A stretch of 64,000 nucleotides of DNA from Candidatus Poribacteria bacterium (GTDB taxonomy: Bacteria; Poribacteria; WGA-4E; PCPOR2b), in the NCBI GenBank assembly GCA_965116925.1, contig OZ220744.1, forward strand, positions 3,392,001 through 3,456,000. The letters run 5' to 3'. The position numbers and the translations under genes are program-made. Positions within the stretch are counted from its first letter, which is position 1; each line of letters opens with the position of its first letter. Under the pieces are notes generated by a model that worked only from the letters and a program-made list of their open reading frames with translations, was not told the origin of the DNA and did not search any database. Shown piece after piece: positions 43,312 through 52,875 of the stretch.

Positions 43312-43983
43312 ATGAAGGACCGAAGCTTATCTGCACTGTGGCAGGGAGGGCCATTCCAGATGAGCATAGAATACCCTCGACATATCTCACAATGTACAGT
43401 AAATGAGGCAGCTGGGATTCTTGAGGCAATTAAGATTCTTGAGGATTTTTGCAGTAATTGCCAAGAGCAAAGCATCATTTTCGATATCGCACGTCTCGGA
43501 AAAGATCAATGGTTAGATAAGCACAAGCATATACTTGAAAAAGGTAAAGATAACACAATATTTTTTGGAACAAATTTCCCAGATGCCTATCAATCACCTG
43601 GAAAATCGACAACTGGTAAAATACCCATGAAGCACCTTCTCGAAAACTTGAAGCCAAGAGGAGAATTTGAAAACCAACTGGCCAAAATGCTTATTGTATT
43701 CATATATCATCTGTGGGAGGATAATTGCCGAAATAAAATTGCTGACTCCTTATCAATATCAAAGGATCGAGTTGAATGTGATCTGATGGGAGACATTCGC
43801 AAAATAAGACACAGTATCATTCATAAGAATTCTGTTGTTTCTCAGAAGTTACCAAATAATCTCAAAATATTACCACAAATATGGAATATTCAACCGGGGC
43901 TATTGATAATTTCAGAGAATATGGTTCAGTCGCTGATGGAACAGATCAACGCCCTGCGTGTGAAAATAAAATCGGATTCATAA
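43312..43983 (+). CDS. Hypothetical AT-rich protein, possibly HEPN-like
   Basis: AAGGA RBS; helical, with an RHSIIH (Rx4H) motif. Confidence 0.6.
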   Translation: MKDRSLSALWQGGPFQMSIEYPRHISQCTVNEAAGILEAIKILEDFCSNCQEQSIIFDIARLGKDQWLDKHKHILEKGKDNTIFFGTNFPDAYQSPGKSTTGKIPMKHLLENLKPRGEFENQLAKMLIVFIYHLWEDNCRNKIADSLSISKDRVECDLMGDIRKIRHSIIHKNSVVSQKLPNNLKILPQIWNIQPGLLIISENMVQSLMEQINALRVKIKSDS

Positions 43984-44017
43984 GATTCAGAACTTCTTTG
44001 AATATCATTTTCGTTCT

Positions 44018-44155
44018 CAAGTCTTCGCCGCCGGAGACACCAACCCAAACGCCGATGTATCCGAACTTGAAAAGCGGATTGATCAGATAGTATACTTGTT
44101 ATACGGTCTCACCCCTGATGAAATTGCTATTGTGGAGGAAGCGGAAAATGTCTGA
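44018..44155 (+). pseudogene. Duplicated 3' end of the methyltransferase gene
   Basis: Translates QVFAAGDTNPNADVSELEKRIDQIVYLLYGLTPDEIAIVEEAENV*, versus the methylase end QILDAKHTDPDADVSELENEIDQIVYLLYGLTREEIAIVEGAENV*. Confidence 0.9.
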
Positions 44156-44240
44156 ATCGCGGATTAAGAGGATTACGCAGATTGCGCGGATTTTTTAATC
44201 CGTGTAATCCCTGAATCTGCGATAATCTGCGATTCTGACA
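44149..44240. repeat. Family E: inverted pair of 8-9-mer arrays (TGTCTGAATCGCGGAT...ATCYGCGATTCWGACA)
   Basis: Left arms at 33012, 33104, 33200, 35763, 39278, 43063, 44149 and 49086. Right arms end near 19877, 44240, 44325, 46007, 48235, 48454, 49636, 49878, 51616 and 52612. Confidence 0.85.
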
Positions 44241-44362
44241 GTAAAGAAATCGCTATAGTGAAGAAGCCGCCTCATCACCCCAAAATCCTGAGAATCCTTG
44301 AATTCCGTAAATCCCGATTCAGACAATGAGAAGATGATCATCGTAACGGAAAAATCATAAGT

Positions 44363-45064
44363 ATGAAAAATCAACCCAATCCCAAAGACGACCTAAACGC
44401 GATTTTGGAAATCCTTCGTGAGATAGCAGAAAAATCAGAGGGTGGTAACTACATCTATCGTGGCGAACCTGACATTTATGACAGAGTGTCGTCAAGCCTT
44501 TGGCGTGTGTGTAAAAGAAAAATGAAGACAGAGAACTTTGATATACAGGCTATTGAAGATTCAATACTGGAGTCGGTAAAAAACTATACTTCCGAACAAG
44601 AGGAGATTGAAATTTGGGCTGAACTCCAACACTATGGGGGGCACACCAATCTTATAGACTTTACAACCGATAACCACATAGCCCTCTTCTTTGCCTGCGA
44701 TCGCTTCTTTGACAAACCTGGCAGAGTCATTTTTTTGGGAGAGGAAGCGCAGAACGAGAATCAAGTTAAGGAAAAACCTCAGAACCCACGAAACCGCATC
44801 ATAGCTCAGAAGAGTATATTCATTCGACCACCTACAGGAGTTGTTGAGCCAGACGATGTAATCACTATCCCGGCACATCTCAAACAACCCATATTAGGCT
44901 ACTTGAACAAACATCACGGTATATCTACGGAAACCATCTACAACGACCTCCATGGGTTTATTAGAAATCAGGACATGCACCAGACTGTCTCTATAGCGTT
45001 TTATGTTGGGTCAATCCAGCAATACACAGGAGAAGCGGAGAATGCAGACACAAGCGAAACTTGA
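44363..45064 (+). CDS. FRG domain protein
   Basis: YRGE, LQHYG..T.LIDFT....ALFFAC and RIIAQKS.F motifs. Confidence 0.88.
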   Translation: MKNQPNPKDDLNAILEILREIAEKSEGGNYIYRGEPDIYDRVSSSLWRVCKRKMKTENFDIQAIEDSILESVKNYTSEQEEIEIWAELQHYGGHTNLIDFTTDNHIALFFACDRFFDKPGRVIFLGEEAQNENQVKEKPQNPRNRIIAQKSIFIRPPTGVVEPDDVITIPAHLKQPILGYLNKHHGISTETIYNDLHGFIRNQDMHQTVSIAFYVGSIQQYTGEAENADTSET

Positions 45065-45941
45065 GCATTACGATAAGGCAATTGAGCACTATAGCACAGC
45101 AATAGCATTGCAACCCAATTTTGTCATCGCCTACAACAATCGCGGCATTGCTTACGCCGATAAAGGTGAGTATGACCTTGCCATTGAAGACTTTAACACG
45201 GCAATCAAGCTGAAACCGGACTATGCGATTGGCTACAACAATCGCGGGACTGTTTACCGCATCATAGGTGAGTATGACCTTGCCATTGAAGACTGTAATA
45301 AGGCGATAGCACTCGATCCCGGTTATGCTGAACCTTATAGCAATCGTGGTGCGGCTTATCGGGAAAAAGACGAGGAGGACCGCGCGATTGCCGACTATGA
45401 CAAAGCGATAGAACTAAAACCCGATTTTGTCGAGGCATACTATAATCGCGCGATTGCTTACACCAAAAAAGGCAATTTTGATCGTGCCATCGTAGGTAAT
45501 GCCAAGACGATAGAATTGGAACGTGACCTCGTTGGGGCTTATAGCGAGCGTGGTGAAGCTTATCTCGAAAAAGGCAATTTTGACCATGCTATTGAAGATT
45601 ATACCAAAGCGATAGAACTGAAACCTGACCTTGCCGAGGCTTATAACAATCGCGGTCATGCTTATAGTAAAAAAGGCAATTTTGACCGTGCGATTAAGGA
45701 TTATACCAAAGCGATAGAACTGGAATGTGACCTTGTTGAAGCGTATAGTAATCGTGGTGAAGCGTGGCTACACCTCGGAGAATGGGAAAAAGCCAAGTCA
45801 GACTTGACGACTGCCAACGATATGGGACAGGATATCATTGGCTCATTTCAAAATGACTACGAAAACGTTGCACACTTCGAGGGTAGAAATGGGGTGAAGC
45901 TCCCGGCAGACCTCGCCGCAATGCTGACACCCCCGCGATAA
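45003..45941 (+). CDS. TPR protein, possibly the frameshifted continuation of the FRG gene
   Basis: 34-aa AYNNRG.AY..KG.YD.AI.D..KAI.L.PD repeats; overlaps the FRG ORF. Confidence 0.8.
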   Translation: MLGQSSNTQEKRRMQTQAKLEHYDKAIEHYSTAIALQPNFVIAYNNRGIAYADKGEYDLAIEDFNTAIKLKPDYAIGYNNRGTVYRIIGEYDLAIEDCNKAIALDPGYAEPYSNRGAAYREKDEEDRAIADYDKAIELKPDFVEAYYNRAIAYTKKGNFDRAIVGNAKTIELERDLVGAYSERGEAYLEKGNFDHAIEDYTKAIELKPDLAEAYNNRGHAYSKKGNFDRAIKDYTKAIELECDLVEAYSNRGEAWLHLGEWEKAKSDLTTANDMGQDIIGSFQNDYENVAHFEGRNGVKLPADLAAMLTPPR

Positions 45942-46041
45942 ACATCACCGCCGATGTTTTTTTTATCCGTGCAATCCGTTAATCCGCGACAATCCGCGAT
46001 TCAGACAGTGAAGAAATCACCATTGCGTGAGAACAAAAAGT

Positions 46042-46887
46042 ATGGCAGAAAAAGCGTCGAGCCGTGTCAAAACGCTGAATAGTTTTATCAAATGGGCAGC
46101 ACAATTCAATGACGGGCAATATCTGTTTCGGGGTGTTTCAAACGAGTCCTACGGAATAGAAGCGTCTGCCTATCGCCGCTTACCAGAAGCACAAAGAAAT
46201 AATCCGGCTCGACTCCTCCGAATCAATCAGGACTTAATAGAAAAAGCGCGTCTCCTAGGGCACGATCAGAAAAACGGGCAGCGACTTTCGGATCTGGAAC
46301 TCCTTGCAGAACTACAGCACTTCGGCGCAGCTACCTGTCTGATAGACTTTACTCGCAACGCACTAGTCGCGCTCTGGATGGCCTGCCAACAAAGTACCAC
46401 CGGGGAAGCAAACGGCAAAGTTATCGCTGTGCGTAGCGATGAATCTGCTCGGCTAGAAACGATTACTCCCAAATTGGTAACGGACGAAGATATTGATTAC
46501 TTTTTTAGGAGAGATGAACGTAGGGGATATCCACTCTACCAATGGCAACCCAAGTACCAGAACAACCGCATTATCGCCCAGCAATCCATCTTCATTTTTG
46601 GCGGTGCCCAAATTGAGACAGAGGCCGAGTGTATCATCCTAAAAAGTAGTAAGGAAGATATTCTGACATCTCTGGATAAAATATCAGGAATCACTGAAGG
46701 AAGCATCTACCCTGACTTTGACGGTTTTGCACGCCAACATGCCCATAATAAACCTTACGTTGAAGCTGACCCGGAAGACCTTATGCAACGAGGTGTTGAG
46801 GCATACCTAGAAGGTAGACTAGATGATGCTATTGACCGCTACAATGAAGTTATCTCGTTACTCGACCCGGAAGGAGATTTAGAATGA
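46042..46887 (+). CDS. FRG domain protein with C-terminal TPR-like helices
   Basis: LFRG, LQHFGAAT.LIDFT and NNRIIAQQS motifs. Confidence 0.88.
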   Translation: MAEKASSRVKTLNSFIKWAAQFNDGQYLFRGVSNESYGIEASAYRRLPEAQRNNPARLLRINQDLIEKARLLGHDQKNGQRLSDLELLAELQHFGAATCLIDFTRNALVALWMACQQSTTGEANGKVIAVRSDESARLETITPKLVTDEDIDYFFRRDERRGYPLYQWQPKYQNNRIIAQQSIFIFGGAQIETEAECIILKSSKEDILTSLDKISGITEGSIYPDFDGFARQHAHNKPYVEADPEDLMQRGVEAYLEGRLDDAIDRYNEVISLLDPEGDLE

Positions 46888-48125
46888 ATTCACAAAGTAT
46901 TGCTTCTTACCTTGAGGTCCCCTCGTTACCACCGGATAAACTTACCCTCGCTAGGGCATACTACAGTCGCGGCCTTGCCTACGACGCTAAAGGGGATTAT
47001 GACCGTGCCATCGCAGACTTTACCAAAGCGGTAAAACTTAAACCCAATGATGCCAATACCTATTACAATCGCGGTATTGCTTACTACGCTAAAGGCGATT
47101 TTATCAATGCTATTGAGGATTTGAACAAAGCGATACAACTCAAACCCAATGATGCCCAATCCTATAACAATCGCGGTATGGCTTATGAAAAAAAAGGCGA
47201 TTTTGACCGTGCTATCGCAGATTTTACCAAAGTGATAAACCTGAATCCCAATGATGCCTACGCCTATAGCAATCGCGGAAATGTTTACTACGAAAAAGGT
47301 GAATATGACCGTGCAATTGAAGACTTTAACACAGCGATACAACTCAAACCCAATATCGCCGAAGTCTACAGTAATCGCGGTAATGCTTACAACAGTAAAG
47401 AGGAATATGACCGCGCCATTGAAAACTTTAACACAGCGATACAATTCAAACCCAGTCTCGTCGAAGCCTACAGTAATCGCGGTAATGCTTACAACGGCAA
47501 AGGTGAATATGACCGCGCTATTGAAGATTACACCCAAGCGATACAGCTTAAACCCGATTATGCCCGTGCCTACAACAATCGCGGGGAGGCTTACAACGGC
47601 AAAGGTGAATATGACCGTGCAATTGAAGATTACACCCAAGCGATACAACTCAAACCCGATTTTGCCGAAGCCTATTACAGTCGCGGAGTGGCTTATTGTT
47701 ATAAAGGCGAATATGACCGCGCCATCGAAAACTTTAACATAGCGATACAACTCAAACCCGATTTTGCCGAAGCCTATTACAGTCGCGGGGAGGCTTACTA
47801 TCGCAAAGACGATTATGACCGTGCAATTGAAGGTTACACCAAAACGATACAACTCAAACCCGATTATGACCTTGCCTATTTCAGTCGTGGGGCGACTTAC
47901 TACAGCACAGGCAATTTTGACCGTGCCATTGAAGATTATAACGTAGTTATAAACCTGACCCCTGATTACGCCAGTGCCTATTTCAATCGCGGGTTGGCTT
48001 ACTACAGCAAAGGCGATTATGATCGTGCAATTGAAGATTATAAGACGGCAATACAGCTAAATCCCCATGATACCCAAGCCTATACCAATCTTAGGATTGC
48101 TTACGAAAAAAAAGAGAAGTCATAA
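46884..48125 (+). CDS. TPR protein with about 11 highly similar repeats
   Basis: 102-nt tandem repeats; ATGA overlap with the FRG gene. Confidence 0.92.
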   Translation: MNSQSIASYLEVPSLPPDKLTLARAYYSRGLAYDAKGDYDRAIADFTKAVKLKPNDANTYYNRGIAYYAKGDFINAIEDLNKAIQLKPNDAQSYNNRGMAYEKKGDFDRAIADFTKVINLNPNDAYAYSNRGNVYYEKGEYDRAIEDFNTAIQLKPNIAEVYSNRGNAYNSKEEYDRAIENFNTAIQFKPSLVEAYSNRGNAYNGKGEYDRAIEDYTQAIQLKPDYARAYNNRGEAYNGKGEYDRAIEDYTQAIQLKPDFAEAYYSRGVAYCYKGEYDRAIENFNIAIQLKPDFAEAYYSRGEAYYRKDDYDRAIEGYTKTIQLKPDYDLAYFSRGATYYSTGNFDRAIEDYNVVINLTPDYASAYFNRGLAYYSKGDYDRAIEDYKTAIQLNPHDTQAYTNLRIAYEKKEKS

Positions 48126-48486
48126 CCGTGCCGTAAGCCATTATTACTAGGCTAACTCCCCAGCAATAAGCATCACCGCCGATGTTTTTTGAATCCGTGT
48201 AATCCGTTAATCCGCGCTAATCCGCGATTCAGACAATGAAGAAGATAATCACGGATTCTCAATATATCAGGCATGATCCCAATGCGACACATGTCGCCCC
48301 GCTGGGGCTTTAGGTCACAATTTGAGTTGAACAGAATCAATGGGAAATATCAAGCGTCAGAGTTGCGATTCGGAGGGTACGCCCCCTGCTTGGTTTATCA
48401 ACTAACAACTTGGGTTAATATACCAATAATCCGCGATAATCTGCGATTCAGACAACAGAGGGCAAACAGAATGAAAGAGGAACCCC

Positions 48487-48696
48487 ATGCGAAAAGCAGA
48501 CCTACAACAGCAAGCCGTTGAGTTAATCAAACAACTCTCGACGGAAAACTTGCAAGCGGGGGTTGACTATCTGACCGCTCTGCGAGACAAGGAGGAGCAG
48601 GAAGCCACCCACGAATCGGCGACCGATTTTGAAAGCGTCTTAGACGAGATAGTAAGAAAATATGATCGAGCATGGAAAACACTGGCGAAACCTTGA
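48487..48696 (+). CDS. Putative antitoxin
   Basis: Small ORF overlapping the start of a Doc-type toxin; paralog at 52645. Confidence 0.75.
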   Translation: MRKADLQQQAVELIKQLSTENLQAGVDYLTALRDKEEQEATHESATDFESVLDEIVRKYDRAWKTLAKP

Positions 48697-49064
48697 GATA
48701 TTTGACAATTTCGGAAATTCTGAGAGTTGCTGAGAAGCATGTAGGTAGCTATCAGTTGTTAAATGAAAATCAGTTACACTATGTGGTTGAAATAGTTTGT
48801 GCGAAATTGGGTGATACAGAACTGTTTCCGACCTTGCCCCAAAAGGCTGCTGTGTATGCCCATCACATTATTACTGGACACCTGTTTTCTGATGGGAATA
48901 AACGTGTCGGTCTGACCTGCGCGCTCACATTTCTGGTTTTGAATGGTTGTTCCCTTCAGCGCGACATTGAAGATTCGATTATTGAGCTTGGCTTTAAGGT
49001 TGCAGATGGGACCATCACCGATGTGGAGATAATCGCTGACCATATACAGCAATGGATTCAGTAA
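48693..49064 (+). CDS. Doc/Fic family toxin
   Basis: HLFSDGNKR Fic motif; TTG start overlapping the antitoxin stop. Confidence 0.9.
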   Translation: MRYLTISEILRVAEKHVGSYQLLNENQLHYVVEIVCAKLGDTELFPTLPQKAAVYAHHIITGHLFSDGNKRVGLTCALTFLVLNGCSLQRDIEDSIIELGFKVADGTITDVEIIADHIQQWIQ

Positions 49065-49177
49065 CAGATTGATGAGGCGGAAAACGTCTGAATCGCGGAT
49101 TAAGAGGATTACACAGATAGCGCGGATTTTTGTATCTGCGGCAACCCGCTATTCTATACCAACACAGGATACAAACA

Positions 49178-49576
49178 ATGAACGACAATCTAAAATACGG
49201 TGATATCACTGACAAGATTATCGGGGCAGCTTTTGAGGTCCATACATTTTTAGGTAACGGCTTCCAAGAAGTGATTTATCAACGAGCGTTAGCACTTGAA
49301 CTATCACGAGTGGGGTTGACATTTGGGCGTGAAGTTGAGCAAGACATTTTCTACAAAGAAGCACCAGAACCTATCGGTACACGCCGAGCGGATTTCGTAG
49401 TCGAAGGCAAGGTGTTAGTCGAGTTGAAGGCTATCTCTACATTGGAAGAGGTACACATAGCCCAGTTATTAAATTATCTGAGAGCCTATCGGTTGGAGGT
49501 CGGTTTGTTAATCAATTTCGGATCAAAAAGCATGACATTCAAAAGATTGGCTCTCTCGCAACCGAATCGCCGCTGA
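49178..49576 (+). CDS. GxxExxY family PD-(D/E)XK nuclease-like protein
   Basis: IIGAAFEVH..LG.GFQEVIY, RADFVVE..V.VELK and QLLNYL.....VGLLINFG motifs. Confidence 0.92.
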   Translation: MNDNLKYGDITDKIIGAAFEVHTFLGNGFQEVIYQRALALELSRVGLTFGREVEQDIFYKEAPEPIGTRRADFVVEGKVLVELKAISTLEEVHIAQLLNYLRAYRLEVGLLINFGSKSMTFKRLALSQPNRR

Positions 49577-49924
49577 TGTAGATAACGCCTTTAATCCGTG
49601 TAATCCGTTAATCCGCGTCAATCCGCGATTCAGACAGAGGGGGATTGTGGTGACGTATCGGGGCAAGTTGCTTTGAATTCCGATCTTATCGGGGATGCCC
49701 CTCCCACGTCCAGCGGTGCTTGTAGGTCGAGATTCACATCTCGACACCAAAGCGTCGATTTTGGAAAATCGACCTACAAAAATCTTTATCTGTTTCCCGT
49801 TTTCCGGTTATCTCGTTTTCCCGTTTTCTCTTTTTTCTCCGCGTAATCCTTAAATCCGCGTCAATCCGCGATTCAGACAAACAAATTCTAAACTTTACCG
49901 ATAAAAAAGGGGGCTATCTGTTTT

Positions 49925-50704
49925 ATGATGTGTATAACGGGTTGTGGAGGGGCAAAAAATTTGCCTCCCTATACTCACAACGTGAAGTGGGGTTATGCAG
50001 CAGAGAATGGACCGGCTGTTTGGGGGCGGCTGAGTCAGGAATACATCCTTTGCGGCGTGGGGACACACCAATCACCGATCGACATTGTGAACCCCATACC
50101 AACCGAACTGCCGTCTATCTCTTATGAGTACCACCCTGCAACGGGTGTGAACATCCACCATAACGGACATACGATTGAAGTGGCGTATCCTGAAGGCAGC
50201 GGCATCCAGATCGATGGCACCGACTATCAACTGCTCCAGTTCCATTTCCATGCACCTGGCGAACATACGGTAGACGGTAAACCGTTTGACATGGAAATGC
50301 ACCTTGTTCACGAAAGTGAAGATGGCAATTTAGCAGTCGTTGGTCTGTTAATCGAGAGTGGTCATCACCATCCCGCATTTGATCCAATCTGGGCATCTTT
50401 ACCGTCCACGCCGCTCGAAACACAGCGTATTGAGAATGTCACTGTTGATTTGCCTATGATGTTGTCGCCAAATAGACAGGTACTCGACGAATCAGTACAG
50501 GCTTTTCCCAGCACCTACCGCTACAACGGTTCACTGACGACCCCGCCGTGTTCAGAGGGAGTCAAATGGATTGTACTAACAACGCCCGTTGAGATGTCTG
50601 AATCGCAAATTGCGGCATTTAAGGCGATTATCTATGGCAACAACCGGCCGGTACAGCCACTGAATGGACGTGAACTGCTCCTTGATGCCACAGGAGTGCC
50701 GTAA
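49925..50704 (+). CDS. Alpha-class carbonic anhydrase (start uncertain)
   Basis: QSPIDI, QFHFH...EH, EMHLVH, GSLTTPPCSEGV.W and NNRPVQP motifs. Confidence 0.95.
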   Translation: MMCITGCGGAKNLPPYTHNVKWGYAAENGPAVWGRLSQEYILCGVGTHQSPIDIVNPIPTELPSISYEYHPATGVNIHHNGHTIEVAYPEGSGIQIDGTDYQLLQFHFHAPGEHTVDGKPFDMEMHLVHESEDGNLAVVGLLIESGHHHPAFDPIWASLPSTPLETQRIENVTVDLPMMLSPNRQVLDESVQAFPSTYRYNGSLTTPPCSEGVKWIVLTTPVEMSESQIAAFKAIIYGNNRPVQPLNGRELLLDATGVP

Positions 50705-51263
50705 ATTATTTCGCCCCATGTAAAAAGAAAACGCAATAAGAACCTACGCACATGGTCAGAAAATAGGGTATAATAACCCAAGTTGCTAGTACATTGTCAG
50801 ATGAATGTAGCGCAAACTGTATGAAGATTAAAAAAACAGTTCGGTAATTTGTTATGGACACCGGCGCGGTTGCAAACCGCGCCTACCGTGTGTTTCGAGG
50901 AAAATCGGGATTACCGAATTAATAAATTAAACCTCATTTAGTTTGCGGACTCGGATCACAATCTAACAGATTGTGGTACAGAAGATTCGTTTTATGAAAT
51001 AAGCTTTTGAACAGGAGACTTCCCGATGACAAACGGAGTTGGGTTTCACTCTATCTGTGTATCAACAACAGATGAAGATTAATTTATTAATTAGGTAATT
51101 TCCGAGCGATGTCCGGTGCGGTTGGAAACCGCACCTACCGGGTCTGGGGAAATATAGAATTACCCGTTTAATTTCTTAAAACCCATGTGTTGTTGAACAA
51201 CTAAGCCTCTCTTGTCGTTGATAGGGATTGGTGTTTAACCGTTCAACCCAACCTACGGACTGA

Positions 51264-51500
51264 CAGGGACCTGCCAAATCCCTGACATTTGGCGAGGTTA
51301 TGGTGCCATTTCAGTGAAAAACCGTTCATAAACAGTGCGTATTTGTCAGGTCAAAAAGCCGTTTGGGCGCACCTTCTGTTGCGCGGTAAAAATCTACAAA
51401 TGCTTTGAAGCTAGGCCCCATCAGGGTTCAGAGAAACATCGGCTAATGATGAACCCCCCGATGTGAGGTTGAATTTTTTTTTAGACCTGACAGGGCCCTG
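51264..51500. mobile_element. Possible 237-bp MITE with CAGGG.CCTG.CA inverted ends
   Basis: CAGGGACCTGCCA...TGACAGGGCCCTG; single copy, no target duplication seen. Confidence 0.4.
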
Positions 51501-51616
51501 ACAAATCGCCGAATCGACCTACAAAAATCGTTGTCAGTTTCCCGTTTTCCGGTTATCTCGTTCTCTCGTTTTCCTCCGTGTAATCCCTTAATCCGTGACA
51601 ATCCGCGATTCTGACA

Positions 51617-52459
51617 ATGCAGAAAGGAGATGGCTCGGTGAGTATGAAAAAAGACTTGGAATTTGATTATCAAGCGTATCTGAAGGAAAATCCGCCAGAT
51701 CTCAGCAAAATCCATCGGGGACCAGAGGCGCGTCAAAAGCGACGCGAAGCCGTTCTCCATAACAATCGTGGGGTGGCTTATGCGAACAAGGGCGATTATG
51801 ACCTTGCGGTTGAAGCGTTTACGAATGCGATAGCACTGAATCCGAACCTTGCGCTGGCGTATAGCAATCGTGGCGGTGCTTACCGCGACAAAGGGGACTA
51901 CGACCGCGCCATCGAAGATTGCAACAAAGCGATAGAGTTGAACCCTGACCTCGCTATGGCGTATAACAATCGTGGCGGTGCTCACGAGCGCAAAGGGGAT
52001 TATGACCGTGCCATCGCAGACTTGAGCAGAGCGATAGCGTTCAAACCCGATCTCGCAGAGGCTTACGGGAATCGTGGGAGTGCTTACGCGAAGGTGGGGA
52101 ATTATGACCTTGCCATCATAGACTATACCAGAGCGATAACGCTGAATTCCGATGCCGCCCAATCCTATAACAATCGCGGTGTGGCTCACTACAAAAAAGG
52201 GGATTATGACCGTGCCATCGCAGATTATACCAAAGCGATAGAACGCAAGCCCGATTTTGCCGAGGCACATTACAATCGCGCCGAAGCGTGGTTACATCTC
52301 GGAGAGTGGGAGAACGCCAAATCAAATTTAACCGTTGCCCTAGCGATGGGAGTAGACATCATCGGTGGGTTTCGTAACGAATACGCCAGCGTCCCGGACT
52401 TTGAGCGGAGAAATGGGGTGAAGCTCCCGGCAGACCTCGCCGCCATGTTGACACCCTAG
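51617..52459 (+). CDS. TPR protein (start uncertain)
   Basis: TPR repeats; C-terminal cap RNGVKLPADLAAMLTP shared with 45003..45941. Confidence 0.88.
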   Translation: MQKGDGSVSMKKDLEFDYQAYLKENPPDLSKIHRGPEARQKRREAVLHNNRGVAYANKGDYDLAVEAFTNAIALNPNLALAYSNRGGAYRDKGDYDRAIEDCNKAIELNPDLAMAYNNRGGAHERKGDYDRAIADLSRAIAFKPDLAEAYGNRGSAYAKVGNYDLAIIDYTRAITLNSDAAQSYNNRGVAHYKKGDYDRAIADYTKAIERKPDFAEAHYNRAEAWLHLGEWENAKSNLTVALAMGVDIIGGFRNEYASVPDFERRNGVKLPADLAAMLTP

Positions 52460-52644
52460 GAATAAATATTACCTCAAATAAATGAACACTTTCGCTCCCC
52501 ATGTTTGGTAGGCACTGTTTGCAACTGCGCCGATTCTGGGTGTCTCATTAATTCTGAAATCTACTATAAATCCGTGTAATCCCTTAATCCGTGATAATCC
52601 GCAATTCAGACAATAGAGAACAAACAGAACGAAAGGAGAACACC

Positions 52645-52875
52645 ATGCGAAAAGCAGATTTACAACAGCAAGCGGTTGAGTTAATCAAACAACTCTCGAT
52701 GGAAAAACTGAAAGCAGGGGTTGACTATCTGAACTACCTGCAAGATAAGGAAGCGTGGGAAGCGACTCACGAATTGGCAAGTGACCTAGAGATCGTCAAG
52801 AGTTTAGAACGCGCAGAGGCGGATGTGAAAGCGGGAAGGCTAAAACGTTGGAGCGATGTTAGACAGGACGTTTGA
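52645..52875 (+). CDS. Putative antitoxin
   Basis: AGGAG RBS; EATHEL...L.RAEADVKAGR...W tail; overlaps the RelE gene. Confidence 0.8.
   Translation: MRKADLQQQAVELIKQLSMEKLKAGVDYLNYLQDKEAWEATHELASDLEIVKSLERAEADVKAGRLKRWSDVRQDV

Noticed and set aside
46926..47852. 308-aa antisense ORF (also 51443..52270, 33224..34189, 57801..58706)
   Set aside because: Shadow frames opposite well-supported genes; periodicity mirrors the sense-strand repeats.
45003..52459. Diversity-generating retroelement acting on TPR paralogs
   Set aside because: No reverse transcriptase in the window, and differences between shared segments are not limited to adenines.
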